Counted from the first letter of the stretch, positions 22,586-32,709 are shown. The stretch is 64,000 nucleotides of DNA from an uncultured bacterium (GCA_963718575.1 OY970358.1:194172-258171); one strand, 5' to 3'. Numbers and translations are program-made. The notes: generated by a model not told the origin, from the sequence alone.

Positions 22586-22811
22586 TTAAGCCATTTATAT
22601 ATTATCACACTTTGGAGATGATGTTCTTATGAATACAATATCTTGCTCCATTTTTATCTCCGTTGCAATGGCACCGCCATGATACCACTCGGCCATTAAA
22701 AAACAATTAATTAGACCAGCGCCGACGAGATCCATAATCCTTGCCAAGATCCCAGCGCGATGATAATGTTGTGCCAGCAGGTATTCACATTCCAACGAGG
22801 AGAGAAAGAGC

Positions 22812-23786
22812 ATGGAAAATACACACAGCACCCAACGGTTTGCCGTGGGAACGATCCCAGATATTCCATTGGGGCTCATCCGGCCCTTTCGGAATCAACC
22901 TCGCAAACACTTCGACCAAAAAGGATTGGAAGAGCTCGCCGCGAGCATCAAGGAAGAGGGACAGATAACGCCAGCATGGGTGATGCCCATCTTCGACGAT
23001 CCGGTGATCGAGTACGAGCTTATCGCAGGAGAACGCCGGTGGCGTGCCTGTGGGATAGCGGGAATAGCAACGCTGCGAGGAGAAATCCGCGCACCAGAGA
23101 CCGCAGCGAAGCAGTATCTCGACTCCGTAATGGAAAACTTCGGAAGAAGGGATTGCACGCATCTCGAAACCGCGCGGGCGATCGAAGAAATGCGGCGTAT
23201 CCATTTTGGAGAAAAACCAGAGTGGGGCGAAAAAGTTACGGAAAAACTCGCCAAGATCTTCGTCCATTCCACCGCGTGGATCAACCAGTACCGGAGCCTT
23301 CTCCGACTTCATCCCGAAGTACAGGCCATGATGGAGCCGGGGGTTGAGGAAAAACAGCGGCTTCCGTTTCAGGTCGCGATCGCGTTGGCAAACTTGGAGC
23401 AGGAATCGCAGCTTACCATCGCACGGCATATCGTCGGGGAGGGTTTGAGACTCAAACCAGCGCTTGCCCATATCCGTGCGGAAGTTAGCGATGATATACG
23501 TATCAAGAAGAATGGTCGGCGTGGACGTCCACACAGGGACTACGACGTTCTGCGAACCTTCCTGAAAAGTCTGGGGGAAGGAGCGGAAGGATTGCTTAAT
23601 ATGTCCCACAAGACATTTGAGGAGATGTTCCGCCACCGGCCAGTACGAGAACTTCAGAACGTCATTGAGGTCTTGAAAAAAAGGCAGGGTCAGCTCAAAG
23701 ATCTTGAGCAGGCACTGCGCCGTGTATCGGTTCCTAATGAAGGTCAACGGCCCGTCTTGATAAGCAGAGCCGCTGGCGAACGTTAA
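22812..23786 (+). CDS. ParB/Spo0J-like CTPase-HTH protein (orphan, SD-led)
   Basis: NQPRKHFD..LEELAASIKEEGQITP, IAGERRWRA, ENF.R. Confidence 0.88.
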   Translation: MENTHSTQRFAVGTIPDIPLGLIRPFRNQPRKHFDQKGLEELAASIKEEGQITPAWVMPIFDDPVIEYELIAGERRWRACGIAGIATLRGEIRAPETAAKQYLDSVMENFGRRDCTHLETARAIEEMRRIHFGEKPEWGEKVTEKLAKIFVHSTAWINQYRSLLRLHPEVQAMMEPGVEEKQRLPFQVAIALANLEQESQLTIARHIVGEGLRLKPALAHIRAEVSDDIRIKKNGRRGRPHRDYDVLRTFLKSLGEGAEGLLNMSHKTFEEMFRHRPVRELQNVIEVLKKRQGQLKDLEQALRRVSVPNEGQRPVLISRAAGER

Positions 23787-23816
23787 TGCCATTCAACTTC
23801 GGAAAGGAGAAGTATA

Positions 23817-24460
23817 TGTCGATAGCACCTCGGCCGCAGCAGGTCAATCAGGATGCGCTCATCGAACGCGCGCAACAGGGAGATTCTGCTGCGTTCAAGG
23901 AGCTCTATGAACTTCATAAGAGACAGGTGTACCGCATCTGCTACAGAATGGTTAAAAACCAAGCTGATGCAGAAGATTTGGTGCAAGAAGCCTTTCTCCA
24001 ACTTTTCCGCAAGTTGAAACTGTTTCGCGGTGAATCCCAGTTCAGCACTTGGTTTCACCGCCTCGTGGTAAATGTTGCGCTGATGAAACTCCGCAGGAAA
24101 GACGGTCGATACGACGTCTCCCTCGACGAACTTGTGGAGGTTGGCGACGGCGAGCTCCAGCGGGAGGTTGAGTCCATCGACCATCATCTGAGGTTGTCGC
24201 CCGAACGTATCGCAGTGGGAAAAGCCATCGAACAGCTGCCTCCGGGCTACCGCTTGATCCTTCGGATGCACGATCTCGAAGGGTTTGAGCATAACGAGAT
24301 TGCGGAGATCCTTGGATGCAGCATCGGCAACTCAAAGTCCCAACTCCATAAGGCGAGGGCAGCACTCCTTTCTCTCCTTGAGGTCAAACTTGATCCACTT
24401 TCAATCCTTGTTAATTTCGATAAATTTTTGTCGGACAACGGGAATGAGAGCATACAATAA
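23817..24460 (+). CDS. ECF (RpoE-like) sigma factor
   Basis: DAEDLVQEAFL, FSTWFHRLVVN, EIAEILGCSIGNSKSQLHKAR; AAGGAG SD (alternative start 23786). Confidence 0.92.
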
Positions 24461-24488
24461 AAAGCCATCTGTAGTTAGGTGAAATTCT

Positions 24489-24521
24489 AAAAGCTCGGCA
24501 CCAAAAATTGCCGAGCTTTTT
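24489..24521 (+). terminator. Intrinsic terminator
   Basis: AAAGCTCGGCA...TGCCGAGCTTTTT. Confidence 0.75.
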
Positions 24522-24549
24522 CTTTTAAATTAGTCCGAATATCCTCTAC

Positions 24550-24960
24550 CTACCCCCGCTCCGTGTGGTCAACAATATTATTGTTAATCATTCCGACAGC
24601 CTGTGATAAGCGCTTCCACTTTACTTTCAGCTCAGCATATTTTTCGGGCGCGATATTTGTCTCGTCTTTAATAAGCTGCAATTTTTTATAAATAGGATTT
24701 AATGCCTGCTTGGCAGGTTCTCTTATTGGATGATGAGGTGCTTCCGCTGGCGTAAGGTTCATAACGGCATTCAACGCCGCCAGGTCATGGGTCTGCTCAA
24801 AGCTTTCAAACATCCCTTCGAGTTCTTCGACTTCTGGCCCGCATTCCCGACGCTTCTCTGCGGGGATTTCTTCGGTGGCATACTTCGCCAGCCATTCATT
24901 AATCACCTCTTCCTGTTCCTCGCTGAAGTTTTCGCTGTTCTTCTCGGGATTCTCGTTCAT
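24550..24960 (-). CDS. Hypothetical protein
   Basis: Acidic helical ORF, leaderless-type start. Confidence 0.6.
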   Translation of the reverse strand: MNENPEKNSENFSEEQEEVINEWLAKYATEEIPAEKRRECGPEVEELEGMFESFEQTHDLAALNAVMNLTPAEAPHHPIREPAKQALNPIYKKLQLIKDETNIAPEKYAELKVKWKRLSQAVGMINNNIVDHTERG

Positions 24961-25077
24961 TCCATGATCTTAGCATAAAATCTTTAACATCATCCGCTAG
25001 CCCGCTCCGCTGCTAATTGTTGCCATTCCTGCATTTCGGCTATAAACTGGCTCCAATGGACTCGCAGGTAGTCCACC

Positions 25078-25761
25078 CTAAAAGAATCTTCCCGTGAAGA
25101 GGGCGAAGAAAAAGTTGATGACCGGGAAGATGATGCCGAATCCGAAGAAGACGAAGATAAGCACGAGGATCAATCCCCAGCGCTCCATGAAGTACATGAA
25201 TTTGTATGTGGCGGGCGTGGGCGGTAAAACCAAAAACAAAAGTTTTGAACCGTCGAGCGGCGGGATCGGCACGAGGTTGAAGATGCCGAGGAGCACATTG
25301 ATATAGACGATGATCAAAAAGAAGAAATAGATCCCGTCGAGCGGGCCCACGAAGACCGGCGTGCCGGCGTTCGCGATCGCGCCGAAGAGCGCGCCCTTCG
25401 TTGCGCCCGCGATCGGCACGAGCACGCTCAGGATCCCGAACACGAGCGCGATGAATAAATTTGTGGCGGGACCCGCGAGCGCGACCTTCACCGCGCCCGT
25501 GCGCGGATTCTTCAGGTTGTTCGGATTGTACGGGACCGGCTTTGCGCCCGCAAAGAAAAATCCCGTCGTTAAAAACAGGACGAGCGGCATGAGGAATGAG
25601 AGAAACGGGTCAAGGTGCGCGAGCGGATTCAACGTCAGCCGCCCGGCGCGCCGCGCGGTGTCGTCCCCAAGCCGCTCCGCCTCGTAACCGTGCGCCACTT
25701 CATGGAGCACCGCCGAGAAGAGCAGAACGACGAATTCGAATATGATGATTGCAATAGTCAT
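25078..25761 (-). CDS. Site-2 protease (M50)
   Basis: HEVAH, AGPATN, FNLVPIPPLDG. Confidence 0.94.
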   Translation of the reverse strand: MTIAIIIFEFVVLLFSAVLHEVAHGYEAERLGDDTARRAGRLTLNPLAHLDPFLSFLMPLVLFLTTGFFFAGAKPVPYNPNNLKNPRTGAVKVALAGPATNLFIALVFGILSVLVPIAGATKGALFGAIANAGTPVFVGPLDGIYFFFLIIVYINVLLGIFNLVPIPPLDGSKLLFLVLPPTPATYKFMYFMERWGLILVLIFVFFGFGIIFPVINFFFALFTGRFF

Positions 25762-25838
25762 AGGGATAATTGTAGCATTAGAGCATACGGTATCGCATCG
25801 CTACTGTATACGCGCCTCGCAACATCGCCGGTGCACAT

Positions 25839-25910
25839 GCCCTCGTAGTGAAACGGATATCACGCATGGCTTCGAACCATGAAGTCTGGGTTCAACTCCT
25901 GGCGGGGGCA
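25839..25910 (+). tRNA. tRNA-Arg(UCG)
   Basis: CATGG-CTTCGAA-CCATG arm; GGTTCAACTCC. Confidence 0.92.
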
Positions 25911-25939
25911 CCGATAGAAAACAGTAGGGCTACATTTTA

Positions 25940-26065
25940 ATTCAGTAAGTAAACTTCTCTATTCTAAAATCACAATTTGTGATTTTAGAATGCGGGAAAA
26001 CTCGATATTATTCGAGAAGCGGCGCAAGCGCGGCAAACCCCCTTACCCTTACACGCTGGCGATGA
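25940..26065 (+). pseudogene. Possible decayed ORF6N-type DNA-binding gene fragment
   Basis: Reads ILKSQFVILE, resembling the ORF6N LKSQFVI motif, with traces of FQLSK and PYAFT..AM around it. Confidence 0.35.
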
Positions 26066-26129
26066 CGAAATATATCTCACGCAACTCATTGCATTTTCCG
26101 CCTATCCTTAATAGAATAACTTTGATATT

Positions 26130-26202
26130 GCCCCTATAGCTCAGTTGGTAGAGCAACTCCCTCTTAAGGAGATGGTCCGAGGTTCGAATCCTCGTGGGGG
26201 CA
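26130..26202 (+). tRNA. tRNA-Lys(CUU)
   Basis: Loop CTCTTAA; GGTTCGAATCC. Confidence 0.95.
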
Positions 26203-26447
26203 CCGCGTGCGAACATTGCGTATAGTGAGATTCTGTGGTATTTTAATTTCTGCAATTCCTATATCATCCAGGGAGGAAAAATGGACAACGCTACGGCGAT
26301 GATCGCGTCGCCCCGACAGAAACTTTGCGCCAGAGCATTTATCATGACGCAGACAAGACTCCGAAACCATATCCAACCGGACTTCAACGTGTTCTTACGC
26401 GGAGATCAAAGAATCACTTTGCCAAGAGCAAGAAAAGGGAGGCGTAC

Positions 26448-26747
26448 ATGGAAGCTGAGGTGAAGCGGGCGGTCATGGAGATTCTCCCGGATCAACACCC
26501 GCATTTTTTTCTGGGCCACTTCAAAGAGCCGTTTGAAACTCTTTCGCTCGCTCAGGCGATCGCAGCCGTCCACCAAAGAATCGCCGCGGCGGACCATGAC
26601 GAATTGGTCAGAGTGTCCGATAAAGTCACCGCCTATCTCGCACCAAAGGATTCCACCATCGAGGAACTCGGCAATATATCGCTAAAGCTTCTCGGAGCCA
26701 TGTTATCAATCAGGCAAAGTGAATTTTCAGCCCCCTGCCGCAATTGA
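26448..26747 (+). CDS. Hypothetical protein (SD-led; a second SD-led 60-aa ORF at 26281-26463 precedes it)
   Basis: AAGGGAGG SD; terminator ~26770-26802. Confidence 0.55.
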   Translation: MEAEVKRAVMEILPDQHPHFFLGHFKEPFETLSLAQAIAAVHQRIAAADHDELVRVSDKVTAYLAPKDSTIEELGNISLKLLGAMLSIRQSEFSAPCRN

Positions 26748-27038
26748 TCTCCTCGTGGCCTCCTTCCCGTCGGCGCGCCCCCGCAAGGCACGCCGATTTT
26801 TTTATCATCAATGGATGCGTAGTCATGCGATAAACCATGATGCTATGGTTAGGGTGCGCTTTTTTATTATAGAAATAGAAACGGCGTGCAACTCATGAAG
26901 AGTCGCACGCCGTAGTGTGCCATTGCCCGTGACACGTCGGTAAACCTCATAGTTATTTCGCAGAGATTGCTCGGCTCTCTGCCACCAGGAGGGTGCGTGT
27001 GCTTCTTGCGCCCGGTATGCTATACTATTCGCAATCAA

Positions 27039-29213
27039 ATGCTTCAGATAGCATCGGACACACCACTGTTTGAAGTTGTGGGAGCCCGCGTCCCCGCTTT
27101 GCGCCGTCTTGAAAAGATGGGCATCAAAACCGTGCGGGATCTCCTGTGGCACTTCCCCACTCGTTACGAAGACTTCACAAAAATATATCCCATCGCCGAA
27201 CTCGAGCCCGGACAGCAGGCCACCATCCAGGGCATTGTGGAAGAAGTGCAGACCAAGCGCAGCTGGCGCCGCGCAATGAGCATCGTGGAAGCCACGATCG
27301 CCGATGAATCGGGAACCATCCGCGCGGTGTGGTTCAATCAGCCGTACATTGCGAATGTGCTGAAGACCGGGCGCGCGGCGAACTTTGCCGGGAAGGCGTC
27401 CGTGTCGGAAGAAGGCGAGATTTATCTGAACAATCCCGTGTACGAAGTGATCCGCACGCGCGGCGCGGAGTCACAGGAGATGAACCACACCGCGCGGCTC
27501 GTGCCGGTGTATCCCGAGACCCGCGGGCTCACCTCGCGCGGCATCCGTTTTGTCACGCAATCGCTCTTCAAGAAAAGACCGGTGATGAAAGAATGGATCC
27601 CGGAGGAAATCTTGGTTGAATTTAATTTTCCGGAATTGAACGAAGCGATCCATTCGATCCACTTCCCGCGCGCGATCGAGGATGCCACGCTCGCCCGTGC
27701 GCGGTTCTCGTTCGAAGAACTATTCCTGCTCCAGATCCTGAACATGCAGCAGAAGATGAAGCTTGCCGAGGAATCGGCGCCGGTGATCACGGCGGACATC
27801 GAGCGCGTGAAGGCGATGCTCGCCAAGCTCCCCTTCGAGCTCACGCATTCGCAGAAGCAATCGCTCTGGGAGATCATCAAGGATATCGAGAAGGCGCGGC
27901 CGATGAACCGGCTTTTGCAGGGAGACGTCGGATCGGGGAAAACCGTCGTTGCGGCAGTGGCGTCGGTGATCGCCGCGGAGAACAAATTGCAGAGCGCGTT
28001 CATGGCGCCGACGGAAATTTTAGCGCGCCAGCACTTTGAAACGATGAAAAAATTCTTCACTGCAATCGCGCAGGGCGACGCACAGCCCGTCATCGGCCTC
28101 ATCACCGGGAGTAGTGCACACATTTTTTATGGTAACGAATTGGAATCAAAAGTGAGCAAGCTGGAGTTCAATAAGAAAGTCGCGTCGGGAGAAATTTCCA
28201 TCATCTTCGGCACGCACGCGCTGATCCAGAAATCCGTTGAGTTCGCGGCGCTCGGGCTCGTCATAATAGACGAACAGCACCGGTTCGGCGTGCGCCAGCG
28301 CGCCGAGCTGAACGCAAAGAAGGAGAACGGCGCGCGCATCCCCCACTTCCTCAGCATGTCCGCCACGCCGATCCCGCGCACGCTCATGCTCTCCGTGTTC
28401 GGCGACCTCGACCTTTCGCTCATCACCGAACTGCCCGTCGGGCGCAAAGCGATCGAGACGAAGATCGTCCCGCCGCTCGAGCGCATCGCCACGTATAAGT
28501 TCATCCGTGCGCAGATCAAAGAGGGTCGCCAAGCGTTCGTCATCTGCCCGCGTATCGAAGCCGCGGAGGATGAAGAGACGGCGAAGGCTTTGCCCGGCGA
28601 CAAATCGGCATTCGCAAAAAAACTTGAATTAAAATCCGTTAAAGAAGAATTTGAAAAACTTTCAACGAAGATCTTCCCCGACCTGCGCATCGCAATGCTG
28701 CATGGCCAGATGAAGCCGAAGGAAAAAGAAGAAGTGATGCGAAAGTTCAAAGATCGCGAGTATGACATCCTCGTCGCGACGTCGGTCGTCGAGGTCGGCG
28801 TGGATGTGCCGAACGCGAGCATCATGATGATCGAGGGCGCGGACCGCTTCGGCCTTGCACAGCTCTATCAATTCCGGGGCCGCGTCGGCCGCGGCGAATA
28901 TCAATCGTACTGTTTTTTGATGGCGGACACCGCTGCTGCCGTCGCGAACGCGCGGCTCAAAGCGATCCTCGAGGCCAAGAATGGCTTTGAGCTCGCCGAG
29001 CACGATCTCGCCCTCCGCGGCCCCGGACAATTCTTTGGCAATGTACAGACCGGCCTCCCCGATGTGGCGATGGAAGCACTGCGCGATCCGGAACTCGTCA
29101 AGCATTCGCGCGAGGCAGCAATCAAAGCCGTCACCGCTGACCCGCAGTTCAAAAAGAACGCGGCGCTACGAAAGAAAGTGGAAGAATTCAGGGCGAGAGT
29201 ACATCAGGAATAG
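27039..29213 (+). CDS. recG: ATP-dependent DNA helicase RecG
   Basis: MNRLLQGDVGSGKT, DEQHRFG, MSATPIPR, QFRGRVGRG. Confidence 0.98.
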   Translation: MLQIASDTPLFEVVGARVPALRRLEKMGIKTVRDLLWHFPTRYEDFTKIYPIAELEPGQQATIQGIVEEVQTKRSWRRAMSIVEATIADESGTIRAVWFNQPYIANVLKTGRAANFAGKASVSEEGEIYLNNPVYEVIRTRGAESQEMNHTARLVPVYPETRGLTSRGIRFVTQSLFKKRPVMKEWIPEEILVEFNFPELNEAIHSIHFPRAIEDATLARARFSFEELFLLQILNMQQKMKLAEESAPVITADIERVKAMLAKLPFELTHSQKQSLWEIIKDIEKARPMNRLLQGDVGSGKTVVAAVASVIAAENKLQSAFMAPTEILARQHFETMKKFFTAIAQGDAQPVIGLITGSSAHIFYGNELESKVSKLEFNKKVASGEISIIFGTHALIQKSVEFAALGLVIIDEQHRFGVRQRAELNAKKENGARIPHFLSMSATPIPRTLMLSVFGDLDLSLITELPVGRKAIETKIVPPLERIATYKFIRAQIKEGRQAFVICPRIEAAEDEETAKALPGDKSAFAKKLELKSVKEEFEKLSTKIFPDLRIAMLHGQMKPKEKEEVMRKFKDREYDILVATSVVEVGVDVPNASIMMIEGADRFGLAQLYQFRGRVGRGEYQSYCFLMADTAAAVANARLKAILEAKNGFELAEHDLALRGPGQFFGNVQTGLPDVAMEALRDPELVKHSREAAIKAVTADPQFKKNAALRKKVEEFRARVHQE

Positions 29214-29267
29214 ACTTGAATGGTTCTTTTTCCTAACCTATAATGCATTTAGTTACAGGAGGAACCC

Positions 29268-29516
29268 ATGCCGGAAACCGATAGGATTCCGATCCAGTTC
29301 GATATCACACCGGAGGTCTATAAAGGATTTGAAGACCTGCGAGATACCCTCAACTATCAAACAACCGGAGAGGTTGTTTCTACCGGCCTCGAATTTTTAC
29401 GGCTAATCTTTTCAGCACATAAAAATGGTGAAAAGATTTTCACGGAAGACAAAGATGGAAGGATGTCTGAGGTTCGATTTCCCTTTCTAGAACCAAAAGC
29501 ATCTACAGAAGCTTAA
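29268..29516 (+). CDS. Ribbon-helix-helix-like small protein (SD-led)
   Basis: RIPIQFDITPEVY..FEDL....TGEVV; TTGAAT-N17-TATAAT, GGAGG, terminator ~29548-29580. Confidence 0.6.
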   Translation: MPETDRIPIQFDITPEVYKGFEDLRDTLNYQTTGEVVSTGLEFLRLIFSAHKNGEKIFTEDKDGRMSEVRFPFLEPKASTEA

Positions 29517-29646
29517 TCATATATATAACAAATCTCAGAGAAGTTCCGCGGAGGACGCCAAGGCTACCCTCCGCTTTTTATTTCTTCTTGTACCTCCCCT
29601 TCGCGTTACCCAAAAGCGGCTTCGCCGCTTTTGGCAGATAAATCTA

Positions 29647-31194
29647 TCAATTGGTTTTTGGGTAACGCCCTTTGGGCGTTACCCAAAAACCAAGCCGCCA
29701 TTTTCCGCCGAGCATCAAGCGTGTCTGCGCCTCGAGTCCGGGGAATGCGCCGAAGATGATCAGCGTGAACGGCATCAATATCCATTGCAAGACGAAGATC
29801 GCATAATCCTTGCCGGTGAGACCGCCGGGCTTTTGCGGCAGGAGCATCACGCTCAACACCGCGGAACTTGCGACGCCGACCATCGAGAGCGAGACGATGA
29901 ACCGCGTGATGTGCGGCAAGTTATATGAGAGCACCGACGTCCCGAAGTGCCGGCCGCCGAGCGCGAGCGGCAGCCAGCCCAACGCAAAAATGATGAGTGA
30001 ATTCGTGGCCCACGAATGGAATCCTTCGATCGAGTTGAACGTCCAATATCTTTTTTTCGACTCCGCGATCTTCGGATCATGCCGGAATCCTTCCAGCATG
30101 TACGGAATATTCTCAACGCCCCAGCCCCAGCGGCGCTGCTGCTTATAGATATTGATCATCGTTCCCCAGAATGTAGGCGCAACGTTCACGTCCATCGAAA
30201 CGGGATAGAAGAGCGGCTCCACGCGGAAGTCGCTGTGATACTTTAAATAGCCCTGCCAGAAGATGCGCGAGTCCTCCGACACGATCGTCTTATCCCACCA
30301 GCCGATGTCGAGCAGGGTCGCGAGCGAAATCGATTGCGACGAGAACGACGTGAGCCGCTCCGGCCGCGATTGCTGCATCATCTGCCAGAACGTCGTCGAG
30401 AACGCAACGACGCGCGCGAGCATCGGCGCCTCGTACACGTTGTTCGTGAACAGCGGGATCGGCTGATAGATCGCATGCGTGCGATTCTCGGCTTTCAAAA
30501 ACACATACGTGAGCCGGCTGAAATATTCCGGGAAGACCTGCGTATCGATGTCGAACACCGACACGAGTACGTGCTCCGGCGGGATACCGTTGGGATGCAT
30601 GGCGGTTTTCGCATCCACGATCTCGCGCTTTGCGAGTTCTCCCGCCCAGACCTCGTTCGATCCCTTGCCCGGGATCTCATCCGGCAATCCCGCGGGATGG
30701 TGCGTCACTAAAAACTTCCCGAACGACGCACCGAACTCTTGTTGCAGCTTTGCGCCCGTCGCACGCGCCTCATCCCCCGCCCGATCCTCGAGCGCGAGCA
30801 CCACCAATAATTTCTTCGCATCATAATTGACGCGCATGAGCGACGCAAAACTTTCGCGCACCACTTCGTACGGCTCGTTGTACATCGGCAAAATCACGAG
30901 GTGATAGATTTCCGAGAGCGTCGGCCTTGTGCGCTCCGTATTTGCAAGAACCGTGCCCCCCTCAGGAAATTCGCCGCGGATCTCCGCCAGCCAGTCGATC
31001 TTCATCACCCGCCGCATCTCCATAAACGTCGCGCGCAGGTGCAGCGACAAGTACACTGTTTTCAACACCCAGTAGATATCGAAGAGGATGATAAATATAG
31101 AGACCCACACCGGCAGGAGCCATGAAAAAAGCACCATAAAGATCAGCGTGAGCCACGCCAAAATTCCGGGAAGCATCTCGAAAAACCGTTTCAT
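29647..31194 (-). CDS. Membrane GT2-family glycosyltransferase
   Basis: PMYNEP, GKGSN, DID, SED, QQRRW. Confidence 0.9.
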   Translation of the reverse strand: MKRFFEMLPGILAWLTLIFMVLFSWLLPVWVSIFIILFDIYWVLKTVYLSLHLRATFMEMRRVMKIDWLAEIRGEFPEGGTVLANTERTRPTLSEIYHLVILPMYNEPYEVVRESFASLMRVNYDAKKLLVVLALEDRAGDEARATGAKLQQEFGASFGKFLVTHHPAGLPDEIPGKGSNEVWAGELAKREIVDAKTAMHPNGIPPEHVLVSVFDIDTQVFPEYFSRLTYVFLKAENRTHAIYQPIPLFTNNVYEAPMLARVVAFSTTFWQMMQQSRPERLTSFSSQSISLATLLDIGWWDKTIVSEDSRIFWQGYLKYHSDFRVEPLFYPVSMDVNVAPTFWGTMINIYKQQRRWGWGVENIPYMLEGFRHDPKIAESKKRYWTFNSIEGFHSWATNSLIIFALGWLPLALGGRHFGTSVLSYNLPHITRFIVSLSMVGVASSAVLSVMLLPQKPGGLTGKDYAIFVLQWILMPFTLIIFGAFPGLEAQTRLMLGGKWRLGFWVTPKGRYPKTN

Positions 31195-31228
31195 AACGTT
31201 CGTAAGGCTAACACTGATAGGTTAAAAA

Positions 31229-31627
31229 TCAAAGGCCGCCGCCCAGAGGAAATAAGAACCATCCTCCATAGAGCGTAAAGAGTATGAGGAGCATCCCAAA
31301 GATGAGCGCGTCCATTTCCCATCCGGCGACGAACGGCATTTTCCTGATCCACTTCCAGATGATGATCACGACGAACTCGCCCATGAACGCAAGGCAAAGA
31401 TACGGCACCCAGAGTCCGAGCACGAGTCCGACGCCGCCGAAGAACTCGAGCAGTGCCGCGATGGTTCCCCACAGCGCACCCGGCTTGAATCCCATGCCGC
31501 TAAAGTTCGATGCGTTCTGCCGAAGGTCTTTTATCTTCGGCCACCCGTGGACGATGAGCATCGCGCCGAGAATGATGCGCGGAATCACAAATCCCCACCC
31601 CCCGTACCAGAAAAGCAATATAGACAT
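31229..31627 (-). CDS. DoxX-family membrane protein
   Basis: RIILG...HGWPK...EFFGG. Confidence 0.85.
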   Translation of the reverse strand: MSILLFWYGGWGFVIPRIILGAMLIVHGWPKIKDLRQNASNFSGMGFKPGALWGTIAALLEFFGGVGLVLGLWVPYLCLAFMGEFVVIIIWKWIRKMPFVAGWEMDALIFGMLLILFTLYGGWFLFPLGGGL

Positions 31628-31776
31628 TGTTTTTATAAAATAATGTTCACGATGGCTGGCCGCTCACGCGGCCACGACCTTTCACGCACGCTTTCAAAAA
31701 TCCCTATTTTATTATACTATAGCATCATCGTCCGACGATTTCCGCGCATCCCGCACGGCAAGCGCCGCGACCGTTT

Positions 31777-31848
31777 GGCCTCATCGTCTAATGGTTAGGA
31801 CAGCGCCCTTTCACGGCGTAAATGGGGGTTCGATTCCCCCTGGGGCTA
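31777..31848 (+). tRNA. tRNA-Glu(UUC)
   Basis: GCGCC-CTTTCAC-GGCGT arm; GGTTCGATTCC. Confidence 0.95.
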
Positions 31849-31937
31849 CTCATAGGTTGAAAACGGCTTGAAAGTGGTTCAAAGCCTTTTTTGCACTGAT
31901 ATTTCATTTTTGGATACTCAAAACTACCACTTCCCTA

Positions 31938-32188
31938 TACCCCGCCAGTTCGGAAAGCCAAACGGTTGGGCTACTCCGACTTGCATTTTCTTGCGCGCCC
32001 AGACACTTCGGAACATCAATAGAATCTAGCTTTTGATGTTCGGGTCGGAGTGCGTTTTTCAGGAATACCGTTGACCCCCGCAGGGAATCGAACTGCTCTG
32101 AGGCCTGGCATTCCTGATGTTTTTGCATGACCGCGTAGCTTTCTGAATTGAGATTGCTAATGTGTCTCATATTCAGCCCAGGGGGGCA
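31938..32188 (-). ncRNA. Candidate ~250-nt multibranched, pseudoknotted RNA
   Basis: At least 8 nested or crossing helices; G-U pairs mostly favour the minus strand (see findings). Confidence 0.55.
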
Positions 32189-32244
32189 TTAGAAATAAAA
32201 ATCCCTCCACAAGCCAAAGCAAGTGGAGGGAGGGGCGATGAATA

Positions 32245-32709
32245 TTAGTTTTCAAAGAGCCGCAAGAGTCGCTCGCCGTATTCTCGGCCTGCAGCATTCA
32301 AGACACCGACCTGCCGAGTGTCATCGAAAGTGAGGAATCCGCACTCCTCAAGCTCTCGTATACACTCTGGATGCGCGACCGGGGGCATTTGGATGCGAGG
32401 ATCCCATTTGCTTCGATCCGGGCATGGCACCACCATCCAGCAGCCACGATATCCCACCGTATCAAAGAGTCCCTTTTTGTTGGATGCCAGATACATCACC
32501 AGATACTTCCCATTTTGCGAGAGTCCATCGGGACGAACCCAAGTAGTTGGAGTAGTTTGGAGCGTGATACCAGGAGTGGGACATTCTTCCCAATGTCCAG
32601 TGCTCGAGTCGTACTTATCACTCTCCCGGAGTATCGCTCCAGGAGCCAGTTGCAATCCACAGACTACTTCTCCGCTCTGTGGGTGCTGATGTTCTTCTTG
32701 GACGATCAT
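32245..32709 (-). CDS. Hypothetical protein (SD-led cassette)
   Basis: TGGACG-N17-TATAAA, GGAGGGGAG SD, terminator 32197-32230. Confidence 0.65.
   Translation of the reverse strand: MIVQEEHQHPQSGEVVCGLQLAPGAILRESDKYDSSTGHWEECPTPGITLQTTPTTWVRPDGLSQNGKYLVMYLASNKKGLFDTVGYRGCWMVVPCPDRSKWDPRIQMPPVAHPECIRELEECGFLTFDDTRQVGVLNAAGREYGERLLRLFEN

Noticed and set aside
25961-25991. Perfect 31-bp palindrome ATTCTAAAATCACAATTTGTGATTTTAGAAT as an operator, dif or telomere site
   Set aside because: Coincides with an LKSQFVILE ORF6N-like coding remnant, and no cognate recombinase is seen; not fully excluded.
19615-26202. Prophage or integrative island between tRNA-Ala and tRNA-Arg/Lys
   Set aside because: No integrase, att duplication or phage structural genes.
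31938-32188. tmRNA or canonical RNase P RNA
   Set aside because: No Ala acceptor with CCA or tag frame; the universal RNase P motifs are absent.
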